A stretch of DNA of 64,000 nt from Acidobacteriota bacterium. Its GTDB lineage: Bacteria > Acidobacteriota > CAIWXX01. Below the pieces are notes generated by a model. It made no database searches. It had not been told where the DNA came from and saw only the letters and a list, made by a program, of their open reading frames with translations. Made by a program: the position numbers and the translations under genes. Below are positions 47,537-58,164 of this stretch, one piece after another; position 1 is the stretch's first letter; each line of letters begins with the position of its first letter. Location of the stretch: contig JBFMAF010000024.1 of NCBI GenBank assembly GCA_040755995.1, positions 64,001 through 128,000 of the forward strand, given 5' to 3'.

Positions 47537-48415
47537 ATGCACCTTGCGCGCTTCGCTTCGCCACAGACCGCGAAAGACTACTGGGCGTCACATTATTCCA
47601 TGCTGATGTTGCTCCCACGCGAAGCGCTCAGAGGACTCTACTCGCTCTCACCGGCGCACGTGCTTGCCGCCAGGAAGCTGCCTGCAAGAGGGAGAATACT
47701 CGATGCCGGTTGCGGGTTTGGACCGGTCTCGATACTCAACCCTCGAGCATCGAGCGCGATCGTCGGAATCGACAGCTCTCGTGAGCTGATTCGAATCGCC
47801 GCGCGACTCTCTCCAGAATCCATGTTCCAAGTCGGCTCGATCTGTTCTCTCCCGTACCCATCCACCTCGTTCGACATGTACATGGGGATCTCATCGCTGG
47901 AGCTCGTTCAGGAAGGGCTTGGCCCACCGCTCGACGAGGCGTTTCGTGTGCTGAAGAAAGGCGGCCGCCTGATGATCGTCTGTCCCAGATTGCAGCCCGA
48001 CTGGGTGTCGCACGGATTCAGATGGACGGATTCGACGGTTGGACGCCTGATGCTGTACAGGGTGTCCGGCGCCCGCAGCCCACTGCCCGCCGACGGGTAC
48101 GGGTATTACTACTCGCTCAGGGAGCTCTGCGATGCCACGAGGGCGGTGGGATTCGCGGAAGTCAGAGGATCTCGCGCGGACATGCTCGGAGGACTCTGCT
48201 ACGGCCGTATGCTGGGGAGGAGGCTGCGGCGCGTACTATTCCCCTCCACCCTCGCGGTGAAGGCGCGCGAGACCGAGCGCCTGGATGGTCTCCTGCGGAA
48301 GCTGGGCCGGGGGATGTTCGACTATGAAGTCGGTCACCTGGAAGGCGATCCCTTGACGTGGTTGGGCCGGCTGATGTGGAGCTTCTGGAACGTCGTGTGG
48401 GCTACACGCCCGTAG
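47537..48415 (+). CDS. Class I SAM-dependent methyltransferase
   Basis: ILDAGCGFG, RVLKKGG. Confidence 0.8.
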   Translation: MHLARFASPQTAKDYWASHYSMLMLLPREALRGLYSLSPAHVLAARKLPARGRILDAGCGFGPVSILNPRASSAIVGIDSSRELIRIAARLSPESMFQVGSICSLPYPSTSFDMYMGISSLELVQEGLGPPLDEAFRVLKKGGRLMIVCPRLQPDWVSHGFRWTDSTVGRLMLYRVSGARSPLPADGYGYYYSLRELCDATRAVGFAEVRGSRADMLGGLCYGRMLGRRLRRVLFPSTLAVKARETERLDGLLRKLGRGMFDYEVGHLEGDPLTWLGRLMWSFWNVVWATRP

Positions 48416-48590
48416 TTCCGTCGACGAGGCAACTCCTCCCCAAGCTCCCAGGCTCCAGGGTCGCAAAACAGCGGCTAGACTCGCCGTAACTGACTCCTGG
48501 CCGCTGGGGCGCACAGCTCTTGGGCCTGGTCACCGCGTCTACGTGTCTCCGCGTCCGTTCCCACGACGAGAAGGCGCGCGAGCACGCCGA

Positions 48591-49037
48591 CTACAGCTTC
48601 AAGTACTCCGACACCCTGGCGTCGACGCGATCCGGCAGGAATTCTGCCAGCAGGCTCTCGGAGCTCGCGAGCACCTGGTCGAGGGGTTCCGTTCCCTTCC
48701 AATGACGGGCGAGGTTCGCGGCACCGATCTCGAGCTCAATCCTGCGCAGCCCGCGGACGCTCACCGCCAGGTCATCCATGTAACCCTGAGCGACGGGCGT
48801 TGCCTCGGCGATGTAATCCAGGCAGGAGAAGACATAGAAAGCCAGGCTTCCCGCGTAGTGCCGGACGGAATGCGGCAGACCCATGTCGAAGGCAAGGTGC
48901 CACAGGAGGCGGTAGAAGTCAGGCAGACTTCTGAGTCGATCGAACGCCACACCTGAGTGGGCTTCCCGGAGCATCGCGATGCGGGTCTCGATGTCAGCCG
49001 CGAGCTCCCTGGCGTATCTCGATTCTCCGTTCGTCAT
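48591..49037 (-). CDS. DUF1232/YkvA-like protein
   Basis: LAFYVFSCLDYIAE...GYMDDL. Confidence 0.7.
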   Translation of the reverse strand: MTNGESRYARELAADIETRIAMLREAHSGVAFDRLRSLPDFYRLLWHLAFDMGLPHSVRHYAGSLAFYVFSCLDYIAEATPVAQGYMDDLAVSVRGLRRIELEIGAANLARHWKGTEPLDQVLASSESLLAEFLPDRVDARVSEYLKL

Positions 49038-49121
49038 TTGTCTACCCCTCGTGCGCTCAATCGACGGCCCGGTGACCCGAGGGCGGCTCGGGCCGCCGGG
49101 GCCGTGTGGATCGAACGTGAT

Positions 49122-49805
49122 CTATTCCACGCGCGAGGCGAACTTGATGAGCTGGTCCTTGAGCTGCGTGACCGCGGCGTTGGTGGCCTCGCCGAGGATC
49201 GTTTCCTGGAAATTGGAGCTGCCGATGTCCAGGGTCGCGCCGCCGCCTGCACCACCGCCGCCGACGCCGCCGAGCAGCAGGCCGGACCGCTTGCTCTCGC
49301 CCTTTGCCTTGGCGCTGCCGAGGATCTCACCGGTCTTGACGTCGATCAGCCGCGCGGTGATCTGGACCACCGCCTTGTCCTTCTTGGTGCCGACCGAACC
49401 GATCCCGAACCCGCCTCCGCCCCAGCCGCCGCCGCTGACACCGATATTCTTGCTATCGAAGCCGAACGTCGTGATGCTCCCGGTGATCATGGCCTGGACG
49501 CCGGCCATCTTGCCGAGTTTCACTGCGGTGGCGGAGTCCGCGCGGTCCGAGTTCGAGAAGTCCTGCTCGGCCAGAAGCTTGTCCAGTATCTTGCGCTCGT
49601 AAACAGAATATGTGCCGTCGTTCACGAGCTCATCGACCAACAGGTCGGAAATGCCCTTGCCCACGTCGTAGTCATTGGACCACCAGCGCTGCACCGTGCC
49701 GTAGTCGAAGTCCATCACGGCGACCTTGGGCCCCTTGGCATAGCTGAGCGCAGGCAGCAGCATCGCCGCGAGCGCCACGATTCCAAACACACGAAAAACT
49801 CTCAT
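49122..49805 (-). CDS. CsgG/HfaB-family secreted protein
   Basis: KVAVMDF, ISDLLVDEL, VYERKILDKLLAEQ, GSIT, ARLIDVKTGEIL; RBS AGGAGG. Confidence 0.85.
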   Translation of the reverse strand: MRVFRVFGIVALAAMLLPALSYAKGPKVAVMDFDYGTVQRWWSNDYDVGKGISDLLVDELVNDGTYSVYERKILDKLLAEQDFSNSDRADSATAVKLGKMAGVQAMITGSITTFGFDSKNIGVSGGGWGGGGFGIGSVGTKKDKAVVQITARLIDVKTGEILGSAKAKGESKRSGLLLGGVGGGGAGGGATLDIGSSNFQETILGEATNAAVTQLKDQLIKFASRVE

Positions 49806-49860
49806 CGTCCTCCTCCTAAGCTTCGTTGGTTGTGGTAACACCATCACGCATGCACACCGG

Positions 49861-49957
49861 AATATAAAGCCCCGTCAAGCCGGGTGTCAAGCCGGGGTGC
49901 ACTGAACCACTGAATGAACCCAGATCCGTTGACAGGATAGGACCCCTCTGTTAGATT
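49861..49957. promoter_or_regulatory. Divergent sigma70-type promoters
   Basis: Minus strand: TTGACA-18 bp-TATATT (49890-49861). Plus strand: TTGACA-17 bp-TAGATT (49929-49957). Confidence 0.6.
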
Positions 49958-49989
49958 CGACAGAAGCGAATGACCTCCAAGGGGTGTAA

Positions 49990-50805
49990 ATGAAGAACAT
50001 CATCACGCTGGTTAGCTCAAAGGGTGGCACGGGGAAGACCACTGTCGCTTTGAATCTGGCGGTTGCATTCGCCGAGCGCGGCCGGCAGACGCTGCTCATG
50101 GACCTGGATCCGCAGGGTGCGATCGGCCTGTCATTGGCAAAGGGGGACACCGAGTGGATCGGTCTCGCAGAGTACCTTGTGGGACAGGCGAGCCTCGACG
50201 AAGCGATTCTGCAGACCAAGCTCCCCTCGCTGTCACTCCTGCCGCGGGGCCGCCTGGATCCAATGGATGTTCCGATGTACGAGCAGGCACTTCATTCGAG
50301 CGCCGCGCTCAGCAACCTGCTCGCGCGTCTCGATGGGCGCTATCACGTCGTGATACTGGACAATCCGTCCGGGTTCGGGCTGGTGCCGCGCGCCTCGCTC
50401 TCAGTCGCTGACTTCGCGGTCATCCCGCTGCAGGCCGAGGCGCTGGCGCTGCGTTCGATTCTGCAGATCCTGCGGGTGATCGATGGAGTCCGCGATCGAG
50501 ACAACCCGCGTCTTCGGCTGCTCGGCATCTTGCCCACCATGGTCCAGCTCCGACACCAAAGCTCCTTCAACGTCATCAGCCAGGTCTGGTCGGGGTTCGG
50601 CGGATGCCTCGAGACTTACATACCGTTTGCGGAGGTGTTCACGACAGCCAGTGCGCAGGGGCTGCCGGTGGCATTCCTGGACGGGCCGCTCCACCCCGAG
50701 GCAACCCGCTTTGATATGCTGGCTGCGGAGTTGGAACAGGTCATGGTGCGTCAGAAGCGGGAGATCGGAGAGCTGTATGAAAGACCTCGGCGTGAACTTG
50801 TCTGA
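49990..50805 (+). CDS. ParA/Soj-family ATPase
   Basis: SSKGGTGKTT, DLDPQG, LGILPTM. Confidence 0.9.
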   Translation: MKNIITLVSSKGGTGKTTVALNLAVAFAERGRQTLLMDLDPQGAIGLSLAKGDTEWIGLAEYLVGQASLDEAILQTKLPSLSLLPRGRLDPMDVPMYEQALHSSAALSNLLARLDGRYHVVILDNPSGFGLVPRASLSVADFAVIPLQAEALALRSILQILRVIDGVRDRDNPRLRLLGILPTMVQLRHQSSFNVISQVWSGFGGCLETYIPFAEVFTTASAQGLPVAFLDGPLHPEATRFDMLAAELEQVMVRQKREIGELYERPRRELV

Positions 50806-51487
50806 CATAGAGCGTGCGCGAGAGCTGTCGCGCCGCCTGACCGGCCCGCAGGGCGCTGCCGGAGCGGCCGTGCCGGCTGCCCCCGCGGCTCGTTACGTCC
50901 AGTTCGGCATGCCGATCTCCGCGATGGCCCTGTCGGCGACACACCCGGCCGCGGCAGGCGCGCCGGAGACGGCAGCCGCGCCGGCTGAGCGGGCTCCATC
51001 GCCGGCCGCGCGCCTCGCGGCTCCCGCGATCGCCGAGCCCGTCCCGGCACCGCCCTCGCCGCCGCCGATCGTCGAGGCCGTTGCTGCGGTGCCGTCGCCG
51101 CCGCCGATAGTCGAGCCCGCCGGATTTGAGTCTCTTGATGCGATGCTGGAGTGGTGCCGATGCCAGCTGGATGCGGAGTCGGCGTTCATTGTAGACACGC
51201 AGGGCTTCGTGATCACCGTGGGCGGGCGCGCAGCCGAAGACCACTTCGAGGGGCTCGGGGCCGGATTGAGCGTCACCGTCGAGCACCTGATGGGGCTTGA
51301 TGAGGCCGCCGGGCAGCTGAAGTGGGTGGACCTGGAGTACTCAGGGCGCAGGCTCGTGGCGATCCGCACTCAGGTTCCCGATCACGGGGCCATGGTGCTC
51401 GGGTTCGTCGCGCCTGCGGCGGGAAGGGTCAGCCGGCTGTCGGAGGTGGAGCAGGTGGCTGCCAGACACATCGCAGCACTGGCCTGA
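50777..51487 (+). CDS. Hypothetical protein with Pro/Ala-rich linker and possible roadblock/LC7-like C-terminal domain
   Basis: Overlaps the parA end; AFIVDTQGFVI resembles a roadblock beta-hairpin. Confidence 0.55.
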   Translation: MKDLGVNLSDIERARELSRRLTGPQGAAGAAVPAAPAARYVQFGMPISAMALSATHPAAAGAPETAAAPAERAPSPAARLAAPAIAEPVPAPPSPPPIVEAVAAVPSPPPIVEPAGFESLDAMLEWCRCQLDAESAFIVDTQGFVITVGGRAAEDHFEGLGAGLSVTVEHLMGLDEAAGQLKWVDLEYSGRRLVAIRTQVPDHGAMVLGFVAPAAGRVSRLSEVEQVAARHIAALA

Positions 51488-51709
51488 CCACGCAAAGGCA
51501 GCCGGTCGCAGGCTATCCAGCCGCAGCGCTGGACCGACGGGCCCCCGATGCGCCCGGACTCAGACCGAAGGCCGGCACCCACATCCGACTGTGGCTGGAA
51601 TCGGCAACGGGCGGTGGAACTGGTACGCTGAAGACCGCATGAATCGGAGGCTTGCCGTCGATTCACATTGACAGTGCAAAATTCCATATGCTATTTTCCG
51701 CACAGGGCT

Positions 51710-52507
51710 ATGGTGATTGAACATTTTTCTACTATCGTAGTGAGTTCCGCGCATTCGCTGCTCGCGCTTCAGGAGCCGGCGGCCGGGTCCTTCGACTGGC
51801 AGATCGTATCGATGATCCAGCATTCGGGGCTGGTGGCGAAGTTTGTTCTGCTGGTGCTGCTGTTCTTTTCGGTGGTTTCCTGGGCGATCTTCGTGAGCCG
51901 GTACATGTTGTTTGCCCGGGCGCGCAAGGAGGGTGTTTCGTTCCTGCGCGTATTCCGGAAGAGCCGCAAGTTCTCCGACGTAACCTCGGTGTGTGACAAG
52001 TATCCGAACACGCCGCTTGTTGCGATTTTCCAGGCCGGCTTCGGGGAGCTGAACTATCAGATCCAGACGTCGCAGAGCAATCCCGGACTGGGGAGAGGCG
52101 CCGGAGACACGGCGGAGCTGTCCAAAGACGGGCGCATGGTGCTCAAGAATCTGGAATCCATCAACCGCGCGATGCTCCGAGCGGAAGGCAACGAAGTGAG
52201 CCGGCTGGAGAAGCTCCTCGGCTTCCTCGCCACGACAGGCTCGGTCACGCCGTTCGTCGGGCTCTTTGGGACTGTCTACGGCATCATGGACTCATTCCAG
52301 ATGATCGGAGTCCAGGGATCGGCCAACCTGGCCACGGTAGCCCCGGGCATTTCGGAGGCTCTGATAACGACTGCGGCCGGACTGTTCACCGCCATACCCG
52401 CCGTCATCGCCTACAACTACTTCCTGAACCTCATCAAGAATCTCTCGGCCGAGATGGACGATTTCTCGATGGAATTCCTGAGCATCATCGAGAAGAATTT
52501 CACGTAG
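51710..52507 (+). CDS. tolQ: TolQ (MotA/TolQ/ExbB family)
   Basis: LATTGSVTPFVGLFGTV, APGISEALITTAAGL; TTGACA at 51668 suggests the start is downstream of the ORF-track start. Confidence 0.9.
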   Translation: MVIEHFSTIVVSSAHSLLALQEPAAGSFDWQIVSMIQHSGLVAKFVLLVLLFFSVVSWAIFVSRYMLFARARKEGVSFLRVFRKSRKFSDVTSVCDKYPNTPLVAIFQAGFGELNYQIQTSQSNPGLGRGAGDTAELSKDGRMVLKNLESINRAMLRAEGNEVSRLEKLLGFLATTGSVTPFVGLFGTVYGIMDSFQMIGVQGSANLATVAPGISEALITTAAGLFTAIPAVIAYNYFLNLIKNLSAEMDDFSMEFLSIIEKNFT

Positions 52508-52768
52508 GCCTCGATGCGGCGCTGGTGACAACATGCGGGCAGGTGCGAAGATGGAGCAGGCGGGCGCACTGTGTGCCCTATTTCAGATCTCAGATTTTCA
52601 GATTTCGGGAGTCGAGTCGGCTAGCACGCTCGGTCGATGCAACGATGTCCCTCGCACGACTCCTCTTCAACTCTCAACTGTCAACTGCCAACTGCCAACT
52701 GCCCCGACTCCACACGTCCATTCTCCGGGCACGCGCGTTACATAAAGGTAGGGGTGACCGGCTTGGGC

Positions 52769-53188
52769 ATGACATTGCAGGAACGGCGAGGAAAGCGCGT
52801 GCACATGGCCGAGATCAATGTGACGCCGCTCGTTGACGTGGTGCTGGTCCTGCTGATCATCTTCATGGTCACCGCGCCGCTGATGCAGTCCGGCATCGAT
52901 GTGAACCTGCCCAAGGCCGAGACGCGCGCACCGCTGGACGAAGAACGCGTGATCGTCACGATCGACCGCGAGCGATACGTTTACATCGGACAGTCCAACG
53001 TGAACATCAACCTCCTCGAGACGCGACTTCAGGAGATCTTCGAGGGGCGGGCGAACAAGGTAGTGTTCCTCAAGGCGGACAAGGACGTCCCGTACGGCGT
53101 CGTCATCGCCGTCATGGACAAGATCAAGAAGGCCGGCATCGACACCCTCGGCATGATCACCGAGCCGCTTCCCGAAAAGAGTCGCTGA
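52769..53188 (+). CDS. tolR: TolR/ExbD
   Basis: EINVTPLVDVVLVLLIIFMVTAP, KADKDVPYG. Confidence 0.92.
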   Translation: MTLQERRGKRVHMAEINVTPLVDVVLVLLIIFMVTAPLMQSGIDVNLPKAETRAPLDEERVIVTIDRERYVYIGQSNVNINLLETRLQEIFEGRANKVVFLKADKDVPYGVVIAVMDKIKKAGIDTLGMITEPLPEKSR

Positions 53189-53190
53189 CC

Positions 53191-53931
53191 ATGGGCGCGC
53201 TCGCGGATCAATCGATTCAAGCGTACCGGCATCCGGACAACTTCCGGCTGATGTGCATCATCTCCCTCGTCGCGCACATTGGCCTGATGATCGCCGCGAC
53301 TACGCTCCCCGGCGTGCTCATCAAACCGAGCGAACAGCCCATCATGGTGAATCTGGTCACGCTCCCGGGGCCCCCTGGCAGGGGTACCAGGGCCGGCTCG
53401 CCGCCGCAGGCCAGGCCGGCTCCACAGGAGGAACCTGCTCCGAGCCAGCCGAAGCTGACCTACCCCGAGAAACCCCAGGCCAAGAAGCCTCCGCCCGCCA
53501 AGAAGGCCCCTGCGACCACACAGGCGGCCGCAAAGCCGAAGGAGACCATCGCGAGCAAGCTCGAGAGCCGCTTCGAAGGAAACGAGTTCTCGACCTTCGC
53601 GGGCGCCGGCACGGAGGGTGCCGGAGGCAGCGGCCTCTCCGGGTTCCCCTTCGCCTTCTACCTGCAGCGAGTCCGCGACAAGATCTCTTCCAACTGGTTT
53701 CAGTCGATCGTAGTCGGGCAGGTTACGGGCGAGTACGCCGTCACGGTGTTCTTCCAGATCCAGAGAGACGGCCGAGTCACCAACGTACAGGTCGAGGAAT
53801 CGAGCGGGATACCGAGCCTTGACATGTCCGCGCAGCGGGCCGTGTACGCGTCCACCCCACTCCCAGCTCTCCCCCAAGGCTACCCGAGCGACACGCTGAA
53901 TGTTCATTTCGTTTTCCACTACGAAAGGTAG
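53191..53931 (+). CDS. tolA: TolA/TonB-family protein
   Basis: TM with SxxxH, Pro/Lys-rich linker, ESSGIPSLD C-terminal domain; operon position. Confidence 0.75.
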   Translation: MGALADQSIQAYRHPDNFRLMCIISLVAHIGLMIAATTLPGVLIKPSEQPIMVNLVTLPGPPGRGTRAGSPPQARPAPQEEPAPSQPKLTYPEKPQAKKPPPAKKAPATTQAAAKPKETIASKLESRFEGNEFSTFAGAGTEGAGGSGLSGFPFAFYLQRVRDKISSNWFQSIVVGQVTGEYAVTVFFQIQRDGRVTNVQVEESSGIPSLDMSAQRAVYASTPLPALPQGYPSDTLNVHFVFHYER

Positions 53932-53940
53932 GAATGAGAG

Positions 53941-55236
53941 GTGCAGATGATGCCTAGGACATACCTGGTCGTCGCGATGACGGCCCTTGCCGCCGGCTGG
54001 GCGCCGGCACAACAGAATGTCAGAATCGATACCTGGGGCGGCGTCAAGGTCGTCAACATCGCACTACCGGACTACAGAGTCGCCGCCGGCGACGGCAGCC
54101 TGGCAGAAGCATCCAATACGATCCATACCACCATCTGGGAAGACCTTCTGTTCAGCGGCTATTTCATCATAATCCCGAGGGAGCACTACAAGTTCATTCC
54201 GGTGATCGACGAGCGCCGCATCAAGTTCAAGGACTGGGCATCGCTCGATGCCGACCTGCTGCTGGTCGGAACGCCCAGCCGGGCGGGCGACCGCCTGGTC
54301 TTCAGCGGAACGCTGTACGACGTGAAGACCCAGAGCTCCATTCTCAGCAAGAGCTACGGCGGTGAAATGAAAGTAGCGCGCCTCATCGGTCACCAGATGG
54401 CCAACGAAATCCTGCGCCGATGGGTGGGCCTCGACAAGAACCTCTTCACTTCGAAGATCGCTTGCATCTCCGATCGCGACGGCAACAAAGAGCTCTACGT
54501 CATGGACTACGACGGCCAGAACCAGACGCGGATCACGTTCAACAAGGTCCCCGACCTGCTGCCGAGCTGGTCGCCCGACGGCCGCTACGTCGTCTTCACC
54601 TCGTATCGGAACAACAATCCGGACCTCTTCTCGTACTCGATCTACGAGGGCAAACTCACGCCCATCTCGACGCGCGGCCTGAACACCTCTGCCGCGTATT
54701 CGCCCGACGGGTCCAAGATCGCCTTCTCGTCCAGCCGCGACGGCAACAGCGAGATCTATCTCTCGAATCCGGATGGATCCGGGATACAGCGCCTGACCAA
54801 CGGACCCGCCATCGACACGGCGCCATCCTGGGCGCCCAACGGGCGCAGCCTCGCGTTCACGTCCGACCGCGGAGGCATACCGCAGATCTACGTCATGGAC
54901 GTCGACGGCGCGGACGTCCACAAGCTGCAGCCGCAGACAGGCAGCTACAATGACTCGCCTGCATGGTCCCCCGACGGCGAGTACATACTCTACGTCAGCC
55001 GCGAAGGAAACGAGTTCAACATCATGAGGGTCGACCTCTTCAAGCAGACGATCGTGAGACTGACCTCCGGCGGCGGAATGAACGAGAACCCGTCTTGGAG
55101 CCCAGATGGGCGACACCTGGCCTTCGCCTCGAACCGCACCGGCTCATACCAGATCTGGTGCATGGATGCAGAAGGCGGGAACCTGCGCCAACTCACTACA
55201 GCTGGACCGAACTACGCACCCGAATGGAGCAGGTGA
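53941..55236 (+). CDS. tolB: TolB beta-propeller protein
   Basis: TolB N-terminal domain plus PD40 repeats (PSWSPDG). Confidence 0.93.
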   Translation: MQMMPRTYLVVAMTALAAGWAPAQQNVRIDTWGGVKVVNIALPDYRVAAGDGSLAEASNTIHTTIWEDLLFSGYFIIIPREHYKFIPVIDERRIKFKDWASLDADLLLVGTPSRAGDRLVFSGTLYDVKTQSSILSKSYGGEMKVARLIGHQMANEILRRWVGLDKNLFTSKIACISDRDGNKELYVMDYDGQNQTRITFNKVPDLLPSWSPDGRYVVFTSYRNNNPDLFSYSIYEGKLTPISTRGLNTSAAYSPDGSKIAFSSSRDGNSEIYLSNPDGSGIQRLTNGPAIDTAPSWAPNGRSLAFTSDRGGIPQIYVMDVDGADVHKLQPQTGSYNDSPAWSPDGEYILYVSREGNEFNIMRVDLFKQTIVRLTSGGGMNENPSWSPDGRHLAFASNRTGSYQIWCMDAEGGNLRQLTTAGPNYAPEWSR

Positions 55237-55437
55237 TAACAAGGCACGATGCAAAGTGCAAAATGCGAAATGTGAGACAAAGGAGTGGGAGGGTGAGAGG
55301 GTGATGGCCTGTTGCTTGATCCTCCCATGTGGTATAAGATGAGTTCGAAGCTGGGGTATTCCCCAGTACTGGAAACCTGGTCTTGGGTCGAGGTGAAGTT
55401 GTCAGAAATTAGGTTACTATCCAGGAGAGAGAGAAAC

Positions 55438-55992
55438 ATGAACCGAAGGGTATTGGCTGTTCTGCTAGTTTTGGTCATGGCTGGCGTTTTTGCGGCTTGC
55501 AAGAAGAGGGTCGAGCCACTGCCGCCACCGCCGCCGCCGACGGAGGCTGGTGAGAGAGGGCCGGCGGGGCAGCAGGTGGAGACGCCTGCGATGCAGCCCC
55601 TCCAGGAGACCCAGGTCTCCGAGATCTCCGACGACATCGATCAGATCAACCGGAGCGGATTGCTCAAGAAGATATACTTCGACTTTGACAAGTCCGATCT
55701 GCGCCCCGATGCTATCGCAACTCTCGACGCCAACGCGGCGCAGCTCAAGAAGTACCCGACGCTCAGGATAAGGCTCGAAGGCCACTGCGACGAGCGTGGA
55801 ACTGAGGAGTACAATATCGGGCTGGGCGACAGGCGTGCCAAGGCCGCGTACAACTACCTGGTCAACATGGGCATCAGCCCGTCGCGCATGGAGACCGTGA
55901 GCTACGGAAAGAGCCAGCCGGAGGATCCGGGACACAACGAGGAGGCCTGGGCCAAGAACCGTCGCGATGTGTTCCTGGTCATCGGGAAGTAG
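55438..55992 (+). CDS. pal: Peptidoglycan-associated lipoprotein
   Basis: Lipobox FAAC, IYFDFDKS, EGHCDERGTEEYNIGLG, KNRR. Confidence 0.95.
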   Translation: MNRRVLAVLLVLVMAGVFAACKKRVEPLPPPPPPTEAGERGPAGQQVETPAMQPLQETQVSEISDDIDQINRSGLLKKIYFDFDKSDLRPDAIATLDANAAQLKKYPTLRIRLEGHCDERGTEEYNIGLGDRRAKAAYNYLVNMGISPSRMETVSYGKSQPEDPGHNEEAWAKNRRDVFLVIGK

Positions 55993-56106
55993 GAGAGAGA
56001 GACTGGAAGGCGGGGCTCGCTTGCGGGTGACCTGCCTTCCTGTCCAGTGCTGCAGACGCGCATGATGGAGGAATCCACAGCGGGCAGGTCGTACCGAGGT
56101 GATCTG

Positions 56107-56946
56107 ATGCGAAACATCAAGTACGTGATCGCGTGGACGCTGTTGGCCAGCGGAGTCTCGTTTGCCAGCAAGGAGATGGATCAGCTTCAGACCGACGTGA
56201 AGGAGATCCAGAGACAGATGGCGGCGCTGACTCAGTCGATCAAGGATGTGACGATGCAGATGGCCAACATTCAGGCCAAGCTGCAGGAGCAGATCGGGGG
56301 GATGCAGAAGAACTCGGCCGACATCGGAATCAAGGTCGACGATCTGGCGCAGCGTGTACAGGTGTTGACTGACAAGGTCCAGGATGCCGGCACGCAGCTC
56401 GACAAGATCTCCGAGCAGTTGGCTCAGCCGCAAGTGGCGGCGGCCGCGATGCCCGGTGCGAGCGTTCCGGGCGCGCCCGGATCGGTGCCCGCGGCTACCA
56501 CACCCGCGGCGACCGCAGCCACGGCGGGCGGAGCCGCCGGCGCGCCGGCGAGCTCGCTGCCGCCTCCCGAACAGATCTACAACACCGCGTATACCGACTA
56601 CATCAAGGGCAACTTCGATCTCGCGATCTCGGGATTCAAGCAGTACCTTGCGAGCTACCCTGCCACACAGCTCTCGGACAACGCGCAGTACTGGATAGGC
56701 GAGTGTTACTACAGCCAGAAGCGGTACGACCTGGCGGTCGAGGAGTTCAACAAGGCCACCGCGAGCTATCCTCAGGGCGACAAGCTGCCGAGCGCCATGC
56801 TCAAGAAGGGGTACGCGCTTCTGGAACTGTACCGCACCTCGGATGCGGTCAACGCGCTGCAGGCGCTGATTGACAAGTACCCGCTCTCGGACGAGGCGCG
56901 AATTGCGAAGCAGAGACTACAGGACCTGGGATTGAAACCACGCTAG
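56107..56946 (+). CDS. cpoB: Tol-Pal protein CpoB/YbgF
   Basis: Coiled coil plus TPR with NAQYWIGE; follows pal. Confidence 0.9.
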   Translation: MRNIKYVIAWTLLASGVSFASKEMDQLQTDVKEIQRQMAALTQSIKDVTMQMANIQAKLQEQIGGMQKNSADIGIKVDDLAQRVQVLTDKVQDAGTQLDKISEQLAQPQVAAAAMPGASVPGAPGSVPAATTPAATAATAGGAAGAPASSLPPPEQIYNTAYTDYIKGNFDLAISGFKQYLASYPATQLSDNAQYWIGECYYSQKRYDLAVEEFNKATASYPQGDKLPSAMLKKGYALLELYRTSDAVNALQALIDKYPLSDEARIAKQRLQDLGLKPR

Positions 56947-56962
56947 CAGGGGGAGGGGTGCG

Positions 56963-57400
56963 ATGGGCAGCGTCAACAAGGTGATCCTGGTCGGGAACGT
57001 CGGCAAGGATCCGGTGGTTCGGAGCACTCAGGATGGAAAGCGGGTGGCGAATTTTTCGATGGCCACGAGCGAGTACTTCACCGACAATCACCAGCAGAAG
57101 CAGGAGCGGACTGTCTGGCATAACGTCGTGGCTTTCGGCCGGCAGGGCGAGATCGCTGACCAGTGGATCAAGAAGGGCAAGCAGGTGTACGTCGAAGGCC
57201 GGATTCAATACCGTAAGTGGACTGATCGGGACGGGCGAGATCGCTATTCAACCGAGATCGTGGCCAGCAACATACAGCTGCTCGGAAGGCGTGAGGGCGC
57301 TCCTGCCCCTGCCGCCGCACCGGTGGAACCAGCGACGGCAAGCTACCCGGAGCCCGGCTACGAGTTCGAGCCGCCGCCCGAGGACGACACGCCGTTCTAA
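56963..57400 (+). CDS. ssb: Single-stranded DNA-binding protein
   Basis: SVNKVILVGN, KGKQVYVEGR, acidic DDTPF tail. Confidence 0.96.
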   Translation: MGSVNKVILVGNVGKDPVVRSTQDGKRVANFSMATSEYFTDNHQQKQERTVWHNVVAFGRQGEIADQWIKKGKQVYVEGRIQYRKWTDRDGRDRYSTEIVASNIQLLGRREGAPAPAAAPVEPATASYPEPGYEFEPPPEDDTPF

Positions 57401-57593
57401 TCGACCCGAACCGCCTGTAGGGGGCGCATCGTGATCCGCCCCGATGCTCGGACGCCCGCCGATCGAGGGCCGCGTCGACGGCGGACTGCACTTGATCGAA
57501 TGAGCCCGGTCTGGAGTCGCGAGAATCGGCGTTCTCGAGTGCTTTACTACAGTTGTAGAGATGCCTGAGCAACGTGATCCGAGAGGAAACAAC

Positions 57594-58109
57594 ATGAGCC
57601 TGATAGCAGTGGACGTCGAAGCGGACGGGCCGATCCCTGGAACCGAGGAGTACTCCATGATCGCCGTAGGCGCGGTCGTCGTTGACGGAGCGTTCGAGAC
57701 GACGTTTCGGGCGCTCATCCGCCCGATATCCCAGAAATGGCTGCCCGAGGCTCTTGCCGTTTCCGGCTACACCAGAGAGCAGACGCTTGCATTCGAAGAG
57801 CCAGTGGTCGTGATGCGCCGATTTGCGAGGTGGGTCACCGAGGCATCAGAGGGGCGGCCGGTCTTCATCAGTGACAACCTCGCCTTCGACTGGATGTTCA
57901 CCTGCTGGTATTTCCATCATTTCACCGGCGGCAATCCGTTCGGGTTTTCGGGTCGCCGGATCGGGGACGTCTGGGCCGGAATGCAACGTAGCATGAGAAC
58001 AAGCTGGAAGCACCTGAGAACCACCAGACATTCGCACGACCCACTCGACGACGCCAAGGGAAACGCCGAGGCGTTGTGGAAGATGCACCTGATGGGAGTC
58101 AAGCTGTGA
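57594..58109 (+). CDS. DEDDh 3'-5' exoribonuclease (Rv2179c-like)
   Basis: VDVEADGPIPG, AFDWMF, HDPLDDA. Confidence 0.8.
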   Translation: MSLIAVDVEADGPIPGTEEYSMIAVGAVVVDGAFETTFRALIRPISQKWLPEALAVSGYTREQTLAFEEPVVVMRRFARWVTEASEGRPVFISDNLAFDWMFTCWYFHHFTGGNPFGFSGRRIGDVWAGMQRSMRTSWKHLRTTRHSHDPLDDAKGNAEALWKMHLMGVKL

Positions 58110-58164
58110 GCTCAGGCGCCGGGTCCCTGCAGGCCGCGCCCCGTGCCCGCGTTCTTGACACCGC

